Source: Octopus bimaculoides (Eukaryota). From it: a DNA stretch of 64,000 nucleotides. Of the stretch, positions 1 through 13,289 are shown piece by piece. The DNA lies in contig NC_068999.1 in the NCBI RefSeq assembly GCF_001194135.2, positions 13,645,766 through 13,709,765 of the forward strand, written 5' to 3'. The notes beneath the pieces were generated by a model. The model did no database searches. It saw only the letters and a program-made list of their open reading frames with translations, and was not told the origin of the DNA. A program made the position numbers and the translations under genes. Position 1 is the first letter of the stretch. Every line of letters starts with the position of its first letter.

Positions 1-62
<62 letters not shown>

Positions 63-78
63 CATCAGTAGCATCAGT
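1..78. repeat. (AGT)n microsatellite, runs off the window start
   Basis: Perfect AGT repeats decaying into agcatc units. Confidence 0.98.
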
Positions 79-405
79 ATTGCATGTGAGTGTTTTCGTA
101 TGTAGAAATATTACACACGCACACACACACACATACACATATGTATGTATAATATATTACACACACACACACGCATATATGTATATATAATATATATACT
201 AATGTAGATAGAGTTCAAATTTGTAGCAAGCAATAGACGAAAAGTGAAGAACAACATGCAGGTGTATTATTTTAACGCTCGGAAAGAAGCATGAAAATGT
301 TTTTGACGTATCTAGTATACACTCTTCAGAAGAAAATATACAGAGTAACTAAACGGAAAGAACGGAAAGAAAATGGATAGAGAAATATGTAACGATAAAC
401 GGTTC

Positions 406-452
<47 letters not shown>

Positions 453-2049
453 CCCCCCCAACCACACACACACACACACACACACATACACACACACCCA
501 CATACACATATAGATATATATATAAGTAGCTGAAGGATTAAAATTAATCAAATGACATACTGAGTATGACTACCTGCTTACAATAACAGTCAACACATTT
601 ACAATAACAGTCAAAATACACTTATAATTAATCCATAATTCAACCGACCGAAAGGAAACAGGCTATGTCCGTTCAGTGCACTGGCAAAATAACCTCCAGT
701 CGACTCCAAATACTTGAATATACGTTGGGAGATTGTCTTAGCCAGTTTGCTTTCGGAAGGTAGGCATACTTAGTATGACCTTTGATTAATTTTAATCCCT
801 TAGCTATTTAATGCTCTTTGGAGAGATTCAAACGATTTTATTACTCGTTCTGTTGTCATCATTTTAAAATTGTCACATTACATGATATCAAAATCAATGA
901 TATCTTCGCAAGTATCTTTTTCGTGAATTATTTGCTCCGAATTGAATCTATCTATCTATCTATCTATATCTATCTATCTATCTATCTATCTACCTATATG
1001 TCTATCAATCTACATATATACATATATATATATATANNNNNNNNNNNNNNNNNNNNNNNNNNNNNNNNNNNNNNNNNNNNNNNNNNNNNNNNNNNNNNNN
1101 NNNNNNNNNNNNNNNNNNNNNNNNNNNNNNNNNNNNNNNNNNNNNNNNNNNNNNNNNNNNNNNNNNNNNNNNNNNNNNNNNNNNNNNNNNNNNNNNNNNN
1201 NNNNNNNNNNNNNNNNNNNNNNNNNNNNNNNNNNNNNNNNNNNNNNNNNNNNNNNNNNNNNNNNNNNNNNNNNNNNNNNNNNNNNNNNNNNNNNNNNNNN
1301 NNNNNNNNNNNNNNNNNNNNNNNNNNNNNNNNNNNNNNNNNNNNNNNNNNNNNNNNNNNNNNNNNNNNNNNNNNNNNNNNNNNNNNNNNNNNNNNNNNNN
1401 NNNNNNNNNNNNNNNNNNNNNNNNNNNNNNNNNNNNNNNNNNNNNNNNNNNNNNNNNNNNNNNNNNNNNNNNNNNNNNNNNNNNNNNNNNNNNNNNNNNN
1501 NNNNNNNNNNNNNNNNNNNNNNNNNNNNNNNNNNNNNNNNNNNNNNNNNNNNNNNNNNNNNNNNNNNNNNNNNNNNNNNNNNNNNNNNNNNNNNNNNNNN
1601 NATTTATATATATATATATATAACGGTCGATCTATAAGACCCACTAGTTATGCATTACAATCTCGATAGTTCCATCCATCCTCCATTTTGATCATGTCAT
1701 ATGAGTATTTCTCTCTAAACCAATAAGAATAATGTTATTTTTAGTCTATTTCATTTTATTATATTTAATTTATTGAATTTTATATTTTATTACTTTTCTA
1801 TTATATTATATTAGTTTTTATCTTTGTTATATTTTCATATTTTAACTATCATCTTAATTGTATTTATTTTTATATATTATCTTTAGCTTCATATAAAATT
1901 CAAGCTTAATGTTTTTCCATGCTTTCTTTTTTTTAAGCTTATTATCTTTTTCCTAATTATAATATATAATATTTTGACATATTTTAAAAACAAAATACCA
2001 ATCAAATGAAATTTAAATGTATAGTCTTTACCTTTTAACCCACTAATTC

Positions 2050-2705
2050 TCTGCACTTCCCTGAAAAGATAAAATGTTTAGCTAAGTGGCTGAATTTTAT
2101 AACTCTGCCTTACTTAAAGCAGGCTATACAGATAAAGTTACCTACATTAATTCCATTCAATCATATTCTGCCTTTAGTAATGGAGACGTGAAATCTAATT
2201 GTGAGGATATAAACGATATCAATTTTAATGTATATGCCAACACCAAACAGAGGAAGGTTTTTTTTTTACAACGTAAGGGATATAACCGTTATTTAAATCA
2301 CTTTTATCATTGCAAAGGTAAATCGATGTCTTTTAAATATAGTTGCACTAAAATAAGGCAACTAATAGCAAACTTATTTGGTTGATTATTCCTTACTGAG
2401 GCAAATTAAATCTAATCTTCCTTTCCAGTTTCAGGAAGCTATTATTAGGAATATTTCAAAGAATTCTAGGTTTTACTCTATTATCAACTTGCACATGGTT
2501 AAGAATGTTTTTTCTAACACAAAAACATCTCTCACAAAAAATCTTCTCACATAATATTAGTCTATTGAATAAGAATCCAATTACTAATACTTGCATTAAT
2601 TTAGCTAATACCAACCATCCCGCTACAATTAGTGATAAGAAGGTTATTGTCTCTGAACAGAATACCGTCCTTGTGAAGCTTAGGGAGACTGTAAATGTGT
2701 GGTAA
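2050..2705 (+). mobile_element. Degenerate Penelope-like element (Neptune-like RT C-terminal/linker region)
   Basis: Translations AEFYNSALLKAGYTDKVTY, KLIWLIIPY and NSRFYSIINLHMVKNVFLTQKHLSQKIFSHNISLL resemble the PLE pattern YN.AL..SGY / IIWFNPPY / IFNR.TVK.SYS....IISSHN, recalled from family knowledge. Stops and frameshifts are present. Confidence 0.55.
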
Positions 2706-2769
2706 TTTAGAGTACTGTTGTTTAAGTTATCTGTATTTCATTAGTGTAAATTGATCCTTGTTCTTGTTG

Positions 2770-3536
2770 AAGACGCGTGACAAACTCTTCTCCCACTTCT
2801 CAGAATTGATCAACGATACCCCCATTCAATCCAACCTGATGGTGAGTCTAGAAGCGATAAGTCGATTGAAAGAATATAAGTAGCGATCGTGATACCCCCT
2901 CCCACTGAAGAAATGATCTAGCTCAGTAACAATCTTTTAAGCAACAGCTACGCCCTAAAACATACTATCCACTCCAATTACGAAGCAAAGATAGAAAGAA
3001 ACCAATGAACTGTCCACAGTCTGTCTACCTTATATGAAAGGCCTTCTCGAAAAGATGCAAAAGATATACGGCCCATATGACATCAGGACAGCATTCAACA
3101 GTACTACAACACTTCGCAAATATCTCCTTCCAGTAAAACATCCAATAGAAGAGAATATGGCCAAAACCTGCGTGTACTCCATCCCATGCAGCTGTGGCAG
3201 ATTATACAATGACGAAACATGCCGCCCACTCAAAATAACGGTAGAAGAATATCGCAAAACTGTGACACAAAGAGATATTGATAAATCGGGTATAGCTGAT
3301 CATGTATGGGAAAATGGAGAATACCTCCTCCTTTTTGATGAAGTTAAACAATAGATAGAGAACTCCACTGGAAAATACGAAAACTGAAAGAAGCAGCACA
3401 TATGCTAGGACACAACAATCTCCTAAGTAGACCGAGTGCAGATATGAATTTTTAATATGGAAACCGGTATTTAGGAAAGATAAGAAAATATTAGGTATAT
3501 AAGCCCTAAAATTAACTCCATATTTGCCCAAGTTCA
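2770..3536 (+). mobile_element. Penelope-like retroelement remnant: internally deleted RT plus GIY-YIG endonuclease
   Basis: HFSELINDTPIQSNLMVSLEAIS (RT VSFDV region), then VCLPYMKGLLEKMQKI..YDIRTAF, then CVYSIPCSCGRLYNDETCRPLKITVEEYRK...SGIADHVW (ORF 3034-3354). This matches the PLE GIY-YIG pattern VY.IPC.CG..YIGET.R.L..R..EH. Confidence 0.88.
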
Positions 3537-3775
3537 AATGGTGTAGTGGTTAAGAGCGCGGGATACTAACCCCAAGATTCCGAGTTGGATTCCAGACCGT
3601 GACCTGAATAATGATAATGATAATAATTACATCGAAAAATACTTTTGGAATGAGATCCCAGGTTCGAAACTTCCTCAAGACACCTGATGAAGCCTGGAGG
3701 GTATATCAGCCAAAACGTTGTGTTAACAACAAATAAGATGAGGACAAAATCCATGAAATGTACATAATGAACTTC
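3537..3775 (+). mobile_element. tRNA-headed, hammerhead-containing module (PLE pseudo-LTR or SINE)
   Basis: A-box TGGTGTAGTGG at 3539-3549, B-box-like GTTGGATTCC at 3584-3593, a short AAT/GAT tract, a second B-box-like GGTTCGAAAC at 3661-3670, then the hammerhead motif at 3679-3724. Confidence 0.75.
3679..3724 (+). ncRNA. Minimal type I hammerhead ribozyme, mutated copy
   Basis: Stem I GACAC (3679-83) pairs with GTGTT (3720-24). Core CTGATGA at 3684-90. Stem II GCCTGG/TCAGCC has one mismatch. AAAAC stands in place of GAAAC (3712-16). Stem III is the palindromic ACGT, followed by the GUU cleavage triplet ending at 3719. Confidence 0.75.
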
Positions 3776-4959
3776 TTTGTTTTCTCTTATTTTAACCCAT
3801 AGCAGTACAACGTTTATACACATGTCTTGCTATATGATATATAGCCATAATACTTTATTTCAGAAATACATTATTGCCAGCTCAATGATAAGTAATGACA
3901 GAGCTTGCTGAACGTAGACATTGATTTTTGACACAGATATTGATAGTATTTCTATGAAGATTTAGAGACAACATAGATTTTATCGACGTCTATAAGCCTG
4001 GGGAAGATTTGAAATGCAACTCCATATAAACCGATTAATATAACATTGATTAAAAAAAGAACCACCTTAGATTAAGAAATTAATGCAATGCAGTTGTTGC
4101 ACACCCCGAAGATTATTTATGCTATAGGTCAATTATCTGATTCTTTGTGTTGAAATTTCAGGAATATTGTATTTTCTGCAACATTTTTAATGTTTGCGAC
4201 ATATACGATATTCCCTCCTATTCATTTCAGTTTCGTAAAATGTCCATTCCACTGGAATAATGCAAATGTATGACTGAGGAGATTACATTGATAATGGGAT
4301 CGCACCAATGGTGATATATTATGGAAAACACAAAGCAGAGAGCAGCATTACGTATGAGGCGTGTGATTGGTAGACAAACCAGGGCACATCATTTCTGGCA
4401 ACATGTGTAATGTACGTGTGCACGGATATTTCAACAAGCAAAATCGTCATACGGAGCATGAAATTAAATGAGAAGAGATACGTGCTTAACGTGCTATACT
4501 TTAACTGTTTGCGTGACTCTATAAGAATCAGATGGAGTATTATCGCATTCTGTCCCAAATATCTCTGCATATTTACAATAAAATGATAGTCTTAATATAA
4601 TGGCTCTCACTATTTGTTGTGGTTAAGTAATTGTCACTCTTAATATACAAGTTTATTGTTGAGAGTAGTGATATAAGATGTTTGCATTTGATTTTTGGTA
4701 CATTGTTAAGGGAACGATTACTAACAAGACTCTTTAACATTGCATAAATTACTAAAAAAATGTTATACAACAAGACACATCCATGTTTCTATTGGTTGTA
4801 TATAATCCAGCTATTACTTCAAATATTATGCTCATGAGTCTATATAAAACATGCCGTTGTTTTTCTCCTTATTTATCACATGAATAGATTAATGTGGAAA
4901 TAGAAACCTTCCTAAATAATAAAACACACGCACAAGTACAAATATTTATATACATATAT

Positions 4960-4988
4960 GTATATGTATATATATGTGTGTGTGTCTA

Positions 4989-5050
<62 letters not shown>

Positions 5051-5088
5051 CATACACATACACACACACATACACACACACATACACA

Positions 5089-5172
<84 letters not shown>
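4960..5172. repeat. Compound (TA)/(TATATG)/(CATACA)/(CA)n microsatellite
   Basis: Direct reading; it explains the HT/CV/YI ORFs in the track. Confidence 0.97.
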
Positions 5173-5175
<3 letters not shown>

Positions 5176-6564
5176 CTCATCTGTTGCTGAGTGTTCGTTT
5201 ATATTCTATTATGATTATACTTCTTGAGTTATAAAGTAGTTTCGGCAATATTAATATTTCAGAAATATATTTATATAGTTTGCTCATTTAGCACTCACCA
5301 TTGCAGAAAATATATTGTTGATTTTACTCACTACTTCTTTTGTTTTGCCAGTAAATTAATGTTTCCATTGGAAAAAATATAAAATATACTCAGTTAAAAT
5401 GTCTAGTGTGTTTCTTTTCATAGTTAAAATTGTTCTTAAAATTAATAACTTGAAAAATATTTTCGTTCAATGTCTGTTTTCATTTTTAATTGTTTAAAAT
5501 TCCATACAAGTGGCCACTAGGTCTCATCATCATTTATTACAGTTGATTCTCAAAATGTAAATTTACTCATATTTGCATTCTTGGATAATTAAATATTAAA
5601 TGTTTTCTGATAAAACGTTGTTGTTTTTTCCTAAATTTTTTAATTTGTTTGTGTATGAAACCATTAATGAAAGATATGCTCCGATGTTTCAATAATGGAA
5701 ATTAGCTCTCAGTTTTTAATTACATTTTTTTTTTCTGGAAAATAATTTTAAAAAAATAGATAAAATAAAAGAAAAAGAATTTAGGAGATACTAACTACAG
5801 CAAAACAAAAGTAATCAACAGGAAGGCTTACTCCCCATATATTGTGCTAATGTGTTCAATAGTTAAGTTACTTTTTATTGTAATAACCTAATTAGAATCG
5901 CTAATTTACTAAAAAAAAAAAAAAGATATCAGAAATCAGTAATTGTATGAAGTGGTGCACGCCTCGATGAATGCATCACTGTGCTTAAACAGTAAGATAT
6001 TATGTGAGAAACTTGAGCCTTTCATTGGTACCAAATTACGCGGTGATTTCGTTGGCCACCGTGTTATGAAGATTTCCCTATAACCTACGTTGCATATTGT
6101 TTGAGAATACCGATTAAAATGCGCCCATTTAGACGCTAATATAAAAGTGATTATTATCCAGTGTGTTACTAATTACAATATAAACATCTATGAAGGAAAA
6201 AAAGAAACACACGCGAAGCGGAATTAGCGATATCTAATATTTTACGAACAGATGGAAGTCTCACATTTCACAGCCGTTGTCTGATAAGAAACATATACCT
6301 GCACTTACTCTCATAAATGCATTAATCGTTAAATTTGATGAATACACGGTTGGTTGTTTATCCATTAGACGAACATGAGCATTAGAGACAGGTAGCGTTA
6401 GCAATGCCCGCGCAAGTGTTTTTTAGTCTAATATATCGTGTACAATACAAGAACGAAATGCTAGCAAATACTCAGAAACCCACGAAACAGCATACTGCAA
6501 GTGATACGGCCCGGAATAGCAACGGGTTACATGTGTAAGTTAGCCGTCTATTAGAGAGGTACAC

Positions 6565-6566
<2 letters not shown>

Positions 6567-6619
<53 letters not shown>
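6567..6619. repeat. (GATA)n microsatellite
   Basis: Perfect gata repeats. Confidence 0.97.
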
Positions 6620-8232
6620 CCTATGTATACGCATATACATGTATGTGCATGTGTGCGTGCGCTTGTGTGTATGTTTATATACGTATGTGTATGTCTGCAG
6701 GCATAACAGTTTTGTATCGAGATTAATTGAAATAAGTGGATATAATTATATTCTAACTACCATAGCCGACAAAAGCTGGGTATAATGTTTAACTTCTTTA
6801 GTGGTAAACAACAACTAAACATGGAATTTGTCGCAAGTGATGCGTGTATGTCATAGTTAAAAGAATCTCTGGAACATTTTGGAAAAAAATCCACGTGTTC
6901 TGATCCGCTTCGAATGCCTCGTGTAGCATTTTATTTTTCTTCAAGAAAAATACTCTCTCCCGTACACACATATATGTATAACACAGTTTATTTGGAGTTT
7001 AATGTTTTAGCATCGTTCTGAAAAAAAATTATACGTGGATTATGGAGCAAAAAATCACCATATTTGCCATCTATACGTGAGTGCTGTAATAGAAAATAGT
7101 TATAGTATGTAATAAGGGTGTAGTCGTCCCCGCCGATCTAACTACAATTAATCTTTTTCAAACTTGAGAGGCCAATCTAAATTGTATGCGCCAATAAAAA
7201 AGTACACTAATTTTGGATTTCATCATAATTCACTATTCGATAAAATTCGGCTCAGATACTAAAGAACAACAATATATTTTATTATGTTGGCCTACATATA
7301 CATATACACATGTCTACAGAATTTGCGGACGGAAAAGTTTCTGCCGAATAGGTAAGTGTTTGTGAAGCTCATTTCCAAATATGCAACTCAATTTCATCAA
7401 TCATCTCACCATGTATGTATTTACTCCATATTGATTTTTTTTACAAAACATCCAATTTTCCTTCATTTAATGTATTGATATGATTTTGGGCTATTGCGCC
7501 AATCCATCACCCTTCTATTGCATAACTTATACAATATTTTTACAGTTACCGATTTCCTACATCGTTAGTTTACTTGAAGTAATATTTCGGCCAGGAATGA
7601 GGATGGGTTTTTCCTACGATGAAAAAATGCAAAATGACTACTTGGGTCGATCAGTTCTATAGATGCAGAATCTTAACTTCAAAAGCAATTTTCTATTCAA
7701 AATAAAATTTTCTGTCACCAAATTCTGTGGATCTGTGCTATTGACAAAAAATTCATATAAATATATACACTTTGCCGATTATTTGAAACACACCCGGAAT
7801 GTAGAAATATCTACCGTGAAGCAAAGCATAATTCCAGTGATATTTTAATCATGATATTACACGCAGATCTGTCACATGGTCCCTATACGATACATTTTAT
7901 TACTGCCTATTATAAGGTAAACACTTCCATCTTGTTTACTAATTTGGACATGAGAGATCCTTTGCGTTAAGACACACTTGAATGGTACATTAGTCAAATT
8001 TTACTTTGGGATAAAATCGAATGGACACCGGAGGCATGAGAGATCACTAAAATTATTTGTGCATTGAAATTCTTTCAACTCCATTTATAACGATATACAT
8101 GTAAATAGGTGAAATTTCACAGATTATCCTTCCGAATGATAATTAGTATTTAGTCCGGGATTTGAGATACGGGATTATGAAAACGAAAACTATGTGGCAG
8201 ATATATGCGTATATTTACGCTACATATTTGGT

Positions 8233-8345
8233 GAAGGCGCATGGTTCAGAAGTTAGAGTATCGGGCTTACAATTATGAGATAGTGAGTTCGATTCCCGGA
8301 CCGTGTTGTGAGTTATCTGCTTTGGCATGATACTTTATTTCAGGT
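8233..8345 (+). mobile_element. tRNA-derived SINE, 5' part
   Basis: ggcgcatggttcagaagttagag (A-box-like), gagttcgattccc (B-box), followed by gatactttatttca. Same family as the minus-strand copy at 11015-11330. Confidence 0.8.
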
Positions 8346-11014
8346 ATTCTGGTCAAAATATTACGAATATTATACAAGCGAGATTTCTATATATGGTTAT
8401 TGGTAAGCAATATTTTTCATACGTATAACGAAAGTTACAGTAGCATGATATAAGCTTGCACATGCACCATGTTGGAAAACAAAAAGCTGAATTAGTCATA
8501 TTTCGAATACATTTGATTATTACCATGACATATGAGAACAGATCAAATCAAGGTCCAATAAGAGAAACAATGGTAATATCTACAACAAGAAATAAAATAA
8601 CAACTAAAATACACACACACATATAATTATATACATATGTATATGTTTGAGTGTAGGTGGGTTTAGAAATATATATATATATATATATATATATTCATAT
8701 ATATCCTGATTGCCACTCTTGAATATAATTGTCCATAATACATCATGCACAACAAGAGAGCAACAAGTGAAACATGTAACAACAACAAAAGAAACAGTCA
8801 GTTGATTAATTTCGATTGAGTTTGCTTTAATATACATCAAAGCAAATAACTGGTCAGTATGATATATTATTCTGTAGCATACTAAATATATTGAATATAT
8901 TCATTTGATTATATGTGTATTGAACCGAATTCCATATCGATTTCAGCTTTGTTAACAAATGTTTGAAATCGGATGCCACATAACTAAAGAGCAGAGCAAA
9001 AGTATGTTACATTAAGTAAACATTGAAATGCATTGTACAAAATGGACTCTTAGATAAATACATCACAGGTCTGATTTCATATCAAATTACCTATTTCATT
9101 AAGAAACCGTTTCAAGATTTCTGAACAGCTTTTACATGAAGCAACTACTTACGTCCGGGTGTTTAGATTTCGCCATTAGATATTACGCGAAACGCTTCCA
9201 ATATTGGCTTCTCTTGAGAAAGTGAAATATTAGAGCATTTGGAAATATGTTTAATGACCAGCATGGAGTACGTATTCATGCAATATATTTATATATGTGA
9301 GATGTTATTATACGTACATACGCAATATATGAATAAGGGAATGGAAAGTTACATGAGAATATAATTACGTATGCGTATACATACCCATATATATATATAT
9401 TTGTGTGTGTGTCTGTGTGTGTATGTGGGTATATATATAGATAGATATAAATAGATAGATAGATGGAAGATCNNNNNNNNNNNNNNNNNNNNNNNNNNNN
9501 NNNNNNNNNNNNNNNNNNNNNNNNATATTGCATATAGGAAAATAATCTCATCGACAGAGAAATACAGAATGGCACACAAATGTGACTATTAGTGAGGTTT
9601 TCTAAAACGCATTCAAACACAGGTTAATTGCATTTTTACCGAGCTGCATATAGTGTTGTATGTCGGTATATATATGTGTGTAAATAAATAGCGGTATATG
9701 TGAATGAACGCGCGTGCGTTTAATGTATCTGTAACTGTTACATAATTATTATAAACACTTCGCTATTTATGTAGTATTATGTTTTTGCAGCATATAAGAG
9801 TTATTTCCATTAAAACATCAAATTTTCTGAGATAATATGAAAAGAAATATCACGAGTATATATCTATCAATAAACATCAATGCATTCATATCTTTTCGTT
9901 GAAGTTTAAAAATAAATTGTGTGTAATCTACAGGAAATTAGAAATATTATTTAACGTGTTAATATTCTTTGTTTCATTTTCTCTAACGTCAATAGTAATT
10001 TGGAAATACAACAGCATTTCTAGAGAAAAAATGCCGAGCATTCCTTTATAGAAGAATATACACGTCATTTATTTAGGAATGAATTGCAGCTTCTCATGGA
10101 ATATCACAGCATAGATACGTGTTATTTCCCTTTCGTGACATTAAGGACATCAAAGCGAACTAATTTCAAGCTGCAGGAGAATTATCCTTGAAATTGTTTT
10201 GTTTATATGTATTATATTGTAGCTATGTAGAATTTTCTGTTTTCTTTAAATCCTTGAAATGTAATTGCATTTCTTAAAATTTATATAACATTCATTGGCA
10301 GATATTCATTTCAGATATCCTGTAGTTATTCGACGAATTTCGGAAATTTCGCAATAACAAAATCTAGACAACAGAGCGCATTAGATTTAACAGGGGGTGT
10401 AAGAAAAAATTTACAAACTTAGGTAGCTTCTGCTTACACATCTCCAGAAAGAGAAATATATAACATTCTGTTTGGTGTTCAATTCGGCTTCCAATAATTT
10501 ACATGAATATTTTTATACAGTTACTTGTGCCTCCTCAGAGGTTTCTTTATTCTTTTTTCCGAATCTGATCAATTGCAGCGCTTTGCCAAAAGCAATGATA
10601 GAAATGATAGATAATATATTCATTAGATGAACCATTACAAGTGACTATGCTTAAACAAGAAATATTAATATCACTTTTTTTTTTAATGCTCGACCATAAA
10701 AAGTTTCGAAAAGATTCGAATTATGTATACGTATATATATATATGTATATATATGTACGTGTGTGTTTGTGTATATGCGTATATATGTATATNNNNNNNN
10801 NNNNNNNNNNNNNNNNNNNNNNNNNNNNNNNNNNNNNNNNNNNNNNNNNNNNNNNNNNNNNNNNNNNNNNNNNNNNNNNNNNNNNNNNNNNNNNNNNNNN
10901 NNNNNNNNNNNNNNNNNNNNNNNNNNNNNNNNNNNNNNNNNNNNNNNNNNNNNNNNNNNNNNNNNNNNNNNNNNNNNNNNNNNNNNNNNNNNNNNNATAT
11001 ATATTATTGTGAAC

Positions 11015-11330
11015 ATTGTCGGTTACGACGACGAGGGTTCTAATTGATCCTGTCAACGGAACAGACTGCACATGAAATTACCGTCCAATGGTTCAGAAAT
11101 CCAGAGACACGCGTACACTTAACGTACTTCTCAGCGAGATTGAACGTGGCACAGAACGTGACAAAGCCAGCCCTTTAAATTAATTACAAGTACAACTCAA
11201 AGATAGCTGATCGGACGGCAGCAACGTGAACAAACGTGCCTTGCACATGGACACAATATGCAGCTGAGAATCAACAAACGGCTTCACGGCCGTGATTCCA
11301 CCATCTTAAACACTTAACCACGGGCTTATT
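11015..11330 (-). mobile_element. Near full-length tRNA-derived cephalopod-type SINE
   Basis: Plus-strand text acacgcgtacacttaacgtacttctcagcgagattgaacgtggcacagaacgtgacaaagccagccct...gcaacgtgaacaaacgtgccttgcacatggacac...cttaaccacgg is the reverse complement of a SINE body and head I recall from Octopus. Confidence 0.8.
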
Positions 11331-11871
11331 TATATGTATTAGCACTCGGAACATCGCTGAATATGTAGAAATATGTACAATTATATTTTTAAAAAAACTT
11401 ACTGTTACGTATACTCTAGTTCTCCCACTTGTACGTAACAAAAGTATTATATATACATGAAGGTTAATTTTAAGTCTATTAGATGATGTATATCATTTCA
11501 CTTATGGACATGAAACGGTTATGAGTGAGAAACACGCGAAGAATATTTGATATATGCAATTAAGTGATCAATTCCATATACAAATATCTATATCTTACAT
11601 CCGTGTAAAATTCAATTTGCACGAAAGTGCCAATAACAAACATACGGCAACAAAATGAATGCTATTTCCTACAGCCATATAAAACGCAGATCTTAGGATG
11701 AATTTAATCTAATTCGGAAAGGAAATATATCGTTTGTTTATTTTCCCCAGTAAAATTTTACGGCAGGCAAATATTTTTAAGATTGCGCATGTAGGTATGC
11801 ATGTAGGTATGCATGTATGTATATTTGCATGTCTGTATGCATATGTATGTATGCTATATTTGAATGTGTGT

Positions 11872-11910
<39 letters not shown>

Positions 11911-11934
11911 CTATATATATATATATATTAAAAC

Positions 11935-13280
11935 TAAGTTGCGGTATTTTTACGTATGGTGTATAAAAACATTCAATAATCTTTCAGCTACCAAAAAACA
12001 AAAAAAAACAAAAAAACCTTTTCGTTTCCATATTTCCTTTCGAAACATTTAACGTTCTAAAAGTCAACTAATTTAAACGACATTATAATAATTACACCCG
12101 TCAAAAATAATAAAAAACCTCTTTTCAATAATCCAAATCCACGGAAGTTACCTAATAAAAGGAAAATAACTTATTTAACAAACTTTAAATGTATACCCCG
12201 CCTATTCTATGGTCTACCTAAAATTCACAAAAGCCAAGGTATAAACGAAGTCATCAAAGAATATTCAAAAGTCATACATTCATACACCAGCACCAGGTGA
12301 CCTAAAATAACGGGCCCATTGTAGCTGGGCCATCCTGTGAAAACCATCGATTAAGTTGTTTCATGGATATTCTCCGAAAACCATTTCTAAAAGATATAAA
12401 TAGTCATAGTAGAGATGACTGCCAGAAAGAGACGAGGAGGAAACAATCATTGTATCATTCGATGTGATTAATTCATACAAGAACATACCCCATAGTTCTG
12501 CAATAGAAGCAATCCGTTTCTGACTGGACCGATATCCAGAAGAAATAACAGAACGTATCAACAAAGACTTCATAATGGAATCAATTAGTTCATTCCCCAA
12601 AACAAGTGTTTCGTGTTTGATACCACTGGTTATCGTAAAAAATCTGGAATTGCAATGAGAACCAGAGTAGACGTGACCATTGCCATCTACCAATGGGCTA
12701 TTTACAAATAATAATATATCAGGTGTCTTTTTTCAAAGTCTCGGAACACTCTCTCCCAATACACAAATGAAAATTGGAAAATATGTTTCGACAACTGCTT
12801 CATCCTCTGGAATGAAAACATAGATTAGCTCATGCAAATCCCATTCCTAGACATACTCATTAAAAATAAACGAAAAATAGACACATACATTTTTAGAAGA
12901 CAACAGACGCTAAACAATATCTATGATTTAGCTCATGGCACCCGAGACATATCAACATTAATATCCCCTTCAAACTTGCAAGAAGGACTTGGACCATAGT
13001 ATCCGAAAAAATACGGGACAACTAAAATGTTCCCCAGGACACGTACTACAGAACTCAACTCATAAATGAAGAAGATAAATTTGCAAATTAGATTAATATT
13101 AAAAGTTTAAGAAAAACCAAACACAATAACAAATCTACACTCAAAGTACTACTTTATCTCTCCACATACAACCCCACAAACAAAGAAGCATCCAATATCG
13201 TTGACCAACATCTTCCAATAATATGTAGGACTACAGACTTAAGGAGATGATATATAACCATAAATGTGGTGTAATGAAAC
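11935..13280 (+). mobile_element. Degenerate Penelope-like RT
   Basis: PRLFYGLPKIHK; RPIVAGPSCENHRLS-like segment (frameshifted); IIVSFDVINSYKNIPHSSAIEAIRF; WKICFDNCFILW (decayed RYIDD); PFLDILI; HPRHININIPFKLARR. These PLE RT motifs occur in the expected order, with many stops and frameshifts. Confidence 0.88.
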
Positions 13281-13289
13281 TCGAAACGG

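Noticed and set aside
3537-3600. A functional tRNA gene
   Set aside because: The acceptor stem and T-arm are incomplete and it continues into repeat sequence; treated as a SINE or pLTR head.
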